64,000 nt of DNA from Eledone cirrhosa (lineage: Eukaryota), in NCBI GenBank assembly GCA_964016885.1, contig OZ024743.1, positions 374,914,001-374,978,000 of the forward strand, read 5' to 3'. Both the position numbers and the translations under genes were made by a program. Below, in pieces: positions 54,965 to 64,000 of this stretch; within the stretch, counting starts at the first letter, position 1; each line of letters opens with the position of its first letter. The notes under the pieces are model-generated. The model had not been told where the DNA came from. It searched no databases and saw only the letters and a list, made by a program, of their open reading frames with translations.

Positions 54965-55109
54965 AGTATGTATATATATGTGAAAATGTATATAAATAAG
55001 TAAATATATATATATGTTTGATGTGTATAGTTAGATGTAAGTGTATTCATGTATTAAAGTGCTTATATATGTATATATATGTATATGTGTGTGTATGTAT
55101 GTGTGTGTG

Positions 55110-55152
<43 letters not shown>

Positions 55153-55740
55153 ATATGTATATATATATATATATATGTATGTATATATGTGTATATGGAT
55201 GTGTAAGTATGTGTATGTGTGTACACATGGACTAGAGTATGTATGTATATATGTGTGTGTCTATACGTGTGTATATAAAGATAAGTTGAGTATGAAAATG
55301 TATACACATGAGCGCGTATGTATGTACATGAATACATGTGTGTATATATATGTGTATGCATGTGTATATATATGTAAGTATGAATATGTGAATTGTGAGT
55401 ATATGTATTTTGTAGAGGTGTGCAAATATATTTGTGTGTGAATGCGTGGGTGAAAGGATACGTACACTTGAAAGAAAAATTTAAGTCTGAATGTTAATTA
55501 AGTGCAAACACAAAACCAACCACGCATATCTTTACTATCTCTAATCCTTCTATAGATTTAGAAAAATAACCAATAATATATTCTATAAAAAATGTCAAAA
55601 CAACAGATGGAAATCTAATTACTCACTGCCACCAAGAATTCTCACTGCTATCGAAAAACCACTCCTTCAACTATTCTTCTAACAACTTCACCCCTCCCTC
55701 CTAATATTCTCTATAAAAACTAAATAGGTCCTCAGTAATA

Positions 55741-55857
55741 TTATTCTGATGAAATGACAGTAAATAATAACATTGAAATATTGAATGTCTGCATAACTAA
55801 AAGTTTGTAGATAGCTGTTTTAGGTTATGTAACTGTTATAGAAACACGTGTCAATAA
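55741..55857 (+). ncRNA. Type I hammerhead with ~88-nt branched stem II, intact core
   Basis: UUAUU-CUGAUGA-A-AUGACAGU...ACUGUUAU-A-GAAA-CACGUG-UC|AAUAA. Confidence 0.8.
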
Positions 55858-55891
55858 ATTCCTTTCAACTAAACTGTATCCATTCAAATCT

Positions 55892-55988
<97 letters not shown>

Positions 55989-56037
55989 TAGATATAGATA
56001 TATATAGATATACATATATATATATATATAAATATAA

Positions 56038-56094
<57 letters not shown>

Positions 56095-56159
56095 CTTGTA
56101 TATATACATGTATATATACATACATATGTATAGATAGATAGATCTATACATATACATAT

Positions 56160-56717
56160 ATCATCATCACCGTTTTACGTCTGTTCTTCCACGCTAGCAT
56201 GGGTTAGACGGGTTGTCCTGTTGTGGGCAGTGTCTGGTCGGCTGACCATGCCTTGCTCATACAGGAACTAATCTGGCTTGATTTCTACAGCTGGATGCCC
56301 TTCCTAACACCAACCTCATTTACAGTGAGTGCTGGGTGCTTTTTCGTGGCGCCTACACGTCCACTTTACAGTGTGGGCTGGGTGCATTTTTGCCGTGGCA
56401 CCTCCACGACCACCTTGCAGTGGGAGGGTGTGGGAGCATATTGTCTATATGCTTCAGCTTGTACCCATGGGAGGTCGGGTACTCTGTATTACTGCGTGAC
56501 ACCAGAGGTCACGGTCGTGTGTCATCGCCTTTGAGAGGTGTAGTTGGGTAAGGTCGGCTTTTATCACCTCATCCCAGGTCATCTTGGGTCTCCCCACTCC
56601 GCGGTTTCCATCAACTTCTAGTGCTCTGAATCTTTTTATGCAGCTGTCATCATTCATACGCATCACATGTCCATACCAACGCAATGGCCTCTCCTGCACA
56701 CAGCATTTGATTCCTCT
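56160..56717 (-). mobile_element. RTE LINE 5'-truncated copy (3' ~560 bp)
   Basis: Highly similar to 50050-50605. Confidence 0.93.
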
Positions 56718-56764
56718 TTTTGTGTTTATATATATAGAGATACATATGTATGTGTGTGCGTGTG

Positions 56765-56800
<36 letters not shown>

Positions 56801-57042
56801 TAGATAGATAACTTTCTATTTATTTGCCACCAGGGCATCAAAGATTGGGACAAATACAAGAGGGGGAGTTTACATACATTTCAAGGGACGTGTAAAAACA
56901 TATAACAAATCAAATTCAACAATCGAAATCCTCAGTAGGTAACGTGGGTCGCACAAACACTCGAGAAAGATGTGCAACCCTCCTCCTGAGGAGCACAAAG
57001 AGCGGGTGCTCCATTCCTCACATCCTTCTTCTCCTCTCTCAC

Positions 57043-60000
57043 CTACAGGCTGATATAGAGAGAAGGCCCATTCACTCGGGCCATTCTCGCCACTTTCACC
57101 CACCTTTCATAATACTTGCTCGGGTAGAGCACCTCTCTCTCCATTCTGATCCTTCTTCTAAAATGGTACTTGAAAAAAGGACCAGTTGTTGGCCGGAGAG
57201 ATAGGTGTCTGACCTCAGCCCTTTCAACCTCGTCCACCATACAACCTCTTTCGCCATGGCTATCACACAGAGTAAAACCGCCTCTCCTTCGTTTTTGAAG
57301 GGGGAGGCGGTTTGATCGTGACAATGGACTCGGTGGTCAACCGGATTGGTCCCACCCGCGACAGTAGTCGTTCCACATAGCCCCACAGGTCAGCAAGGCC
57401 CGGGCAGTGTACGAATGCGTGCGCGACGGTTTCCTCGTCACGCACGCATCTCGGACAGATCTTCTTCGAGGGGTCCCTACCCGGGCGCCCGTGTCTGTAG
57501 AGCTTGTCCCGAACGGGTAGAGCTCCTCGGAAGCACTGCCAAGCCAGGGACTTTTGGAAATTGTCCATCGGTCCCGGGTCAAACGTCCTTCCGAACAGAC
57601 TGGCTAGCTCGTCTTCCTCCATGCCCAGAGCTTCTCCGAGAGCGTCGTCGCACATGCTGCGCACCAACCCTCTATAGAATGTTGAGGTTGAGTCTTCACT
57701 GATTGCCGGATCCGCTTTTCTCGGTCTTTGCTTGACCCAGGGTTGCAGCTTGGTGAGTGAGACGAGTCTCGGAAAGACTCGCCTCACAAAAGAGGCCCAC
57801 ACCGGCTGACCAGTGAGGAATACCTGGAGGTGCCGTAGCCTTAATGCGTGTCTACGCATCGTCAGCCACGGCATCCCCAGCCCTCCGTTCGAAGAGTGTT
57901 GACAGCAGATGGATCTTCTCACCAAAGAGGCCCGCTTCTTCCAAAGGAATCGAAAGAGCGCGCGCTCCATTTTGGCGAGCGTTTTTGCTGGGCAAGGCAC
58001 GACGGTCAAGCGTTAGTAGAATACGGACGCTATATAAGTGTTCGCCACCTCCGCTCGACCTTTCAGGGATAGTTTGCACTCGGCCCACTTCTGAGCGAGT
58101 GCAAACACCCTGCCCGTTACCTCGTCTCAGTTTTTCTCCACCTGGAAGTCCGGTCCGAACCAGACTCCGAGCAGCATCACCGGTTCCTCCGTCCAGCTTC
58201 CGACGATGCAGTCGGAGTGAATCGTTTTGCCCCTCCACGTCCCGAGTTGCAAACCGACGGACTTGTCCCGGTTCAGCTTGGCTCCTGTAAACCTTCCGTA
58301 TTCCCCCAGTAAGGAGGAATACGAATCGGGCAGTATCTGCCCGATTTCCGAGGCGCACGACACCATTACTGTCACGTCATCGGCGTAGGCCGACACCGAT
58401 TTCAGCAATCCCGGTTCCAAAAAGATTCCCTGCAACAGCTCCAACTTCCGCAGTAGTGGCTCGAGAGCCAGCACATACAGAAAGGAGGAGAAAAGGCATC
58501 CATGTCGGATGGATCGCGCGATTTGGAACGGCTCCGAGAGGTAGCCGTTCACCTTGACCCTCGAGCAGGTGTTGCTGCTGTGCATTGCAGCAATCCAGCC
58601 CCTGAAAACGGGTCCGAAGCCTGCCGTCGCGATTACCGCATCCAGGTACCGACGGTCGACCCTATCGAACGCCTTAGATTGATCCAAGTTGATCCGGGCC
58701 CCACCAAAGCCGGTTTCGTTCCCTACCCTCTCTACGTTCCCTACCCTCGCATGGGGTGGAGGTTGTTGTGTATGGACCTGGACGGGATTGCGCATGTCTG
58801 CGCTTCTCCCCCCAGGTTCCCAACGACAAGCGCCAACCTCTTCGCTAACACCTTGGCTAACACCTTGGCCAAAATCTTTAACTCTGAGTTTAGCAAAGTT
58901 ATGGGCCTGAAGTTATCTAGGTCATCCCCCCTCCATTGTTCTCGTCCTTCCTCACCAGCGTGACTACGCCCTTGGTCACAGAACTGGGAATTCTCCCGTT
59001 CTGTTGCCAGTTGCAGTAGACCGCCTCGAGGAGAACGGAGAACAAGTCCGGCATCGCTACATAAAGTTCGTATGGTAGACCATCAAGACCGGGAGATTTG
59101 CGTTTGCCGCATAGGCTCACCGCTTCCCCTATTTCAGCGGCTGAAATCGGCCTTTCGCAGGACTTCACCTCCCCGCCAGAAACCGCAGCAGACCGTCGAG
59201 GTATGGACCGAAATCCATGGCCGCATCCGGCCCGCCGTCCGTCGCGAACAGTCGTGCAAAGCGCCGTTGAAAGGCCGCGCACATCCGCTCAGGTTCAAGG
59301 ATCACGCATCCATCCTGGTCTTTCAAAGACCGAATCGTGGACTTGTTTCCACTTTTTGCCTCTGTCACTCGGGCCCAGCTAACAACTTTGGCCCCCTCGT
59401 TACCCAGAGCAGGTATTTTACTCCTGACAACACAGCCCTCGTGCTTCACGTCAAAGAACTTGTCTAGGGCCGTTCTTGACGCCAGCACGCCGGCCACGTT
59501 GCTCCTCCTAATCACCTCTTCTACTCTATCTATCAATTCCCTTTCAGTTCTATTCCTATCTGATACTAATTCCTGACTAAAACTTATCGATTCTATTCTA
59601 ATTTCTCTCTTGAGAGAGCCCCACCACCTGCTGTTGACAATTGCACCCGCCAACCGCTGCTTAACTAGAGTGCTAATCCGCTTACTGTAAGCTTTGTTTG
59701 TCGGTAAGGACAAGTTTAGCTTCCAGTAACCGGGTCCTTGTCTATGGGTTCTATCAAGGTTGACCACTCCGGTCACCAACATGTGATCCGAATAGTCAAC
59801 CATGAACATTCGTGGACAGCTTAATATGTCCCTATCCTTATTTCTAACTAGGAACCTATCTCGGTACGACCTAGATGTTCCGCTAAGATTAGTCCACGTC
59901 CACAGTGGCACAGTCGGAAAATCTAGTCGATATCTATCGGCCAGATCAAATTGGCCGATTAACATGCCCCTACATTGTCCCAACGTGCATTCAGGATACC

Positions 60001-60428
60001 ATTCCAGTCCCCCACTAAAAGCAAGGAGCGAGACGTTCCCAGAAAAGTCTCTAGGCGTTGGAAGAATCCGGTCGCGGTGTCCTAGATGGGACATACACTG
60101 CCACCAGCCTGAAGGCTCCACCTTCACTACTGCCTACGTCTAGAACCACCAGTCGACCCTCCGGATGCAGGTGTACCTTCTGTGTTGCGAGGCCCAGGTG
60201 TTTTCGCAGCAGAACGACCACCCCACCCCCACCCCCTGGTTGACAGAGAGATGCATAGATCTCAAAGTCGTCGAAGATGGGGGCCAGTTGGTGCTCGCTG
60301 CTGATGCTGGACTCGCAAATAGCTATCACATCCATTCTGTGCGACCTGAGGTCATTTAAGAGTTTGCCCTGCTTCCAGGACAACCCCAGGCCGCGCACAT
60401 TTAAACATCCAACTCTTATAACAGCCAT
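57043..60428 (-). pseudogene. Tx1 ORF2 (APE + RT + CCHC), frameshifted
   Basis: CLNVRGL, SDH, GPGYWKLN, SPGLDG, LDQSKAFDRV, SAYADD, CPRCVRDEETVAHAFVHC. Confidence 0.93.
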
Positions 60429-60471
60429 GTTGGTGGTGAAGGGTTTAGAGTCGAGAAAAAGGAAAAGACAC

Positions 60472-62320
60472 CTACCTGTCCTTCTCCTGGGGACCAGGCT
60501 GCACAATTTCCATGGGGTGGTCGGCGGGGTTGTTTGGTGGGGTGGTGGTTTGGGATGTGGTGGGGACATCAGTGTGTGGTAGGGTGGGGGTGTTTTCTGA
60601 GGGGTGGGTGTCTGGGGGGAGATATTTCAAGAGGACGCGGTTGCTGGGTCTAGTACAGGGGTTCCCCACGTCCTCGGGAAAGTTCTGTTTGAGCATTGCG
60701 TAGGTGTCTCTTGGGACCCTAATCATTTTTAAATGCGGTTTAGTCGCCGCGTTGGTTTATATTTTCCCTTCGGTTTCCACCGAAGGGTCTTTGTCTATAG
60801 TTTGCACAAGTGTTTTGTTGTTTGTGTTGATGTATGTATACTGTTTTTGTTGTGTTGTGTTTGTTTTTGTTTGTTGTTCTTGTGTGTGTTTGCGTTTTGT
60901 AGTATGTGTTATGTTTTCGGGAAGGATGGGTTTTTTGTTTGTGATGTTTGTTCTGTTTTTGCTAGTGGTTGTGTGTTTGTTGTATTTTTGTTAATGCGGT
61001 GTCTTCTTTTCTTTCTTTTTACAGGTTGAAAGGGTTCTCCCTCGTCGTCACTGGGTGACGTTGATAAGGGGTCCTCGTCCGGGTTGTTGGAGAGGGTTAT
61101 ATTTTGGGGTTTTGTTGTGGTTGCTTTTGTATTTGTTTTAGGTGGGGAGGGGTTGGGTGGGACAGTGTCTTATGTTGTTATTTGTTCGTGTTGTTGTTGT
61201 TGTGGTGGTGGTGGTGGTGGTGGTGCTGGTGCTGGTTGTGTTGTTGTGTGTGGGGTGGGCAGATGTGTCTTTTTTGGGGGGGAGCATTTAAAAGGGGACA
61301 GGAAGTCCTCAGGTGACCACTTCTTGAACAGTGGTAGCATGAAGGCCGCCTGCCCTCAACAGAATTGTTTAGGAAGGCGACTCCATCCAGGGACACACGC
61401 TGCGGTATTCTTGCTATCCGTTCTGGTCTCATTTGGACCAGAACTTCAAGGCTATTGACACCAAATACGCCCCCGGTGGATTCGCCTATCGAAAGGATTG
61501 TGTCCTCATCTTCTAAGAATCCCGTTAGCACCCACCAAATGCTCGCATTTGGCCTGATACCCGAGATTCTTATCTTTTGAGTTCTTTTCCCCAAATATGT
61601 GGGGGAAAAGGTGTATGCTTTGGATACAATTGGCGACACAGAATATTTCCGTGCCGCCAATTCATCTTGCATTAAAACAGATAAGCTTCCATACTGTTTC
61701 CCTTTCTGTATGAAAGTGATATGATTCCAGGCACTACTTAGGACCAGCTCAATTTCGCTTTGGGATAATTGAGCCGGTTTCCTAGTCGCGTTCGAAACTG
61801 TCCTAAAGATTACAGTCCTGAGCACTGTGTCCCTTCTAATTTCTTCGGGGGAGCTAATTCTGAATTCCCCACCTTCCCCGAAATTTATACAATTCCTTGC
61901 TTCTTTCAGCAATTTCTTGGCATTCGAGATGTCCAGTGCCTTATATGTCTGCGTTTCTCGGACCGCTTGTGCGAAGGAGACTGCAGCTGTGGGTCCGTTT
62001 TCTTTTGTGTGTTATCATTGTTGTTGTTGTTATTCGTGTTGGCTTGCTTTTTTCCTTTGTTGGTGTTGTCATTGTTGCTGTTGTTGGTTGTGTTGTTATT
62101 GTCATTGTTGCTGTTGTTGGTTGTGTTGTTATTGTCATTGTTGTTCTTGTTTGTGTAATTGTTACTTTTGGGGTTTTCACCCATTTCCACATTTCTTTTC
62201 TTTTGATTCCGTGGTGTCTTTTGTGGGAGTGAGGAGGGAAGGCTTACAACATTGTGCTGCTACCTTCTCTCTATCACTTTCCTTGGGGAGCGTGGCATGC
62301 GTCGTATTAATGGCGTCCAT
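60472..62320 (-). pseudogene. Tx1 ORF1, frameshifted
   Basis: SVEGRRPSCYHCSRSGHLRTSCP knuckle; C-terminal PMEIV motif shared with the 3016-4293 ORF (PMEVV). Confidence 0.85.
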
Positions 62321-62519
62321 TGTCACTAAACGAATTTTTATCGACAACTTATAACTATTAAATTTCGCCCCAAAAAGAGGCGAAATTTATTTTACCCAAC
62401 GTCTGCAGGCACAGGCGAGGGGTTAATCACAACAAATAACAAATTACTTAAACAGACCTACCGCTTCTCGTAATGAATTCCGACAAAATGCAGGAGCAAA
62501 AACACGTCTATCTTCTCCG

Positions 62520-62520
<1 letters not shown>

Positions 62521-62583
<63 letters not shown>
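62521..62583. repeat. (GATA)n microsatellite
   Basis: Direct. Confidence 0.97.
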
Positions 62584-62584
<1 letters not shown>

Positions 62585-62971
62585 CATATGTGTGTATATA
62601 TATATATAAGCTGGCCCCTTCCTCACACTTTCACTCACTCACTCTCTGCTACTCCTCCTCTTTCACTTCCTCCCGTCTGACCTGCGTGAAATTCTTTCCT
62701 CTCTCACTTTTCTCGTGGCTCGGACGCATCTGTTTCTTCTCGTCATTTGATTTGTCGGACTTAAGCCCACAGGATTCATTGACTTGTCTCTCATTTCCTC
62801 TCTTTACGTTGCATTACTACCATGGTGTCTGTTTCCTTTCCTCTGCCCCGATAACTTAATTTAGTTATCTCTCGCACTGATTTTAGGTATCTAGTCTTTA
62901 ATGCGAAGAAATACCAATGGTAATCAGCAGGCTACTGATGAAGGACAGTCTTGTTTCTCGGTCTATTTTTA

Positions 62972-63399
<428 letters not shown>

Positions 63400-63904
63400 C
63401 ATGAATAAGTATGGTATTGCATAATATTGAGTCCAAATTGCATGAAAACTTCGAACAAGCTGCAGGAGATACATGTATATAAGACAACACGGCAACATAG
63501 AGACAGGAGACAAGATTAAAATGGCCTAGAAATGACAGGAAAATTTATTTTCATCAATAGCAAATTAAATTTCTTTTTAGGTCTAAAATATCTAAAATTT
63601 ATTATAAAGTCAAAATAAAGTTTAAAGCAATTTAAATATTTTCAGATTTTAGATATATATTGATTAGAATTTTATTTAAAATATTGATAATTGTCAAAAC
63701 TTTTCTTTCAAAGAAAATATCTGAAGTCTTAGTGAAAGAAAATAAATTTTAAAAAAGAAAAGAAGAAAAAAAAACAAACAAATAAAGCAATTGACAAAAG
63801 CGGTTGGTCAAACAACTCCCTAAGGAATTAATAGAAATAAAAAGATACAAACTTATTGCTATATTGTACGATAAACAAATGCACTTAGTATTTCTAAAAA
63901 CATC

Positions 63905-64000
63905 TAGAAGGGGACTTATCAGAATATGTAGAGCAGTGAGTAAAATGTCAATGTTGTATTTGTTACGGTTCTGATCATTTTGTGTTCAAATCCCACCGGG
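63905..64000 (+). mobile_element. SINE head cut by the window edge
   Basis: cagaatatgtagagca...gtgttcaaatcccaccg, matching the 8834 SINE head. Confidence 0.6.

Larger units (their letters stand above)
56811..62520 (-). mobile_element. Full-length L1/Tx1-clade retrotransposon (lineage A), both ends in (GATA)n
   Basis: 5'UTR, ORF1, ORF2, 3'UTR ending gccctggtggcaaataaatagaaagt(tatc)n. Confidence 0.93.

Noticed and set aside
62931-62965. gctaCTGATGAaggacagtc candidate hammerhead
   Set aside because: No GAAA...UH or stem I partner before the TA tract.

Overview
Gene-free, repeat-saturated eukaryotic DNA. The repeat repertoire suggests an invertebrate, probably a cephalopod/octopus-type genome (inference). 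I see no host protein-coding gene, and nearly all long ORFs in the track are microsatellite artefacts. The window is a mosaic of (TA)n, (ATCT)n, (ATT)n and (GTT/GGT)n tracts hosting: (i) three large and three 3'-only L1/Tx1-clade non-LTR retrotransposon copies from two lineages, whose ends sit in (ATCT)n or (ATT)n repeats; (ii) a nearly intact RTE-clade LINE with a PHD-type finger next to its RT, plus a 5'-truncated copy; (iii) Penelope-like elements (RT + GIY-YIG), one with inverted pseudo-LTRs; (iv) tRNA-derived SINEs whose 3' tail resembles the Tx1 3' end; (v) several fold-back/MITE-like units; (vi) a ~13 kb compound G/T trinucleotide array. The main hidden signal is 12 type I hammerhead-ribozyme motifs read by eye on both strands (8 with an intact catalytic core). 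They have palindromic or near-palindromic minimal stem III, and three have very long stem II inserts. Most lie in short unique-sequence islands between (TA)n tracts.
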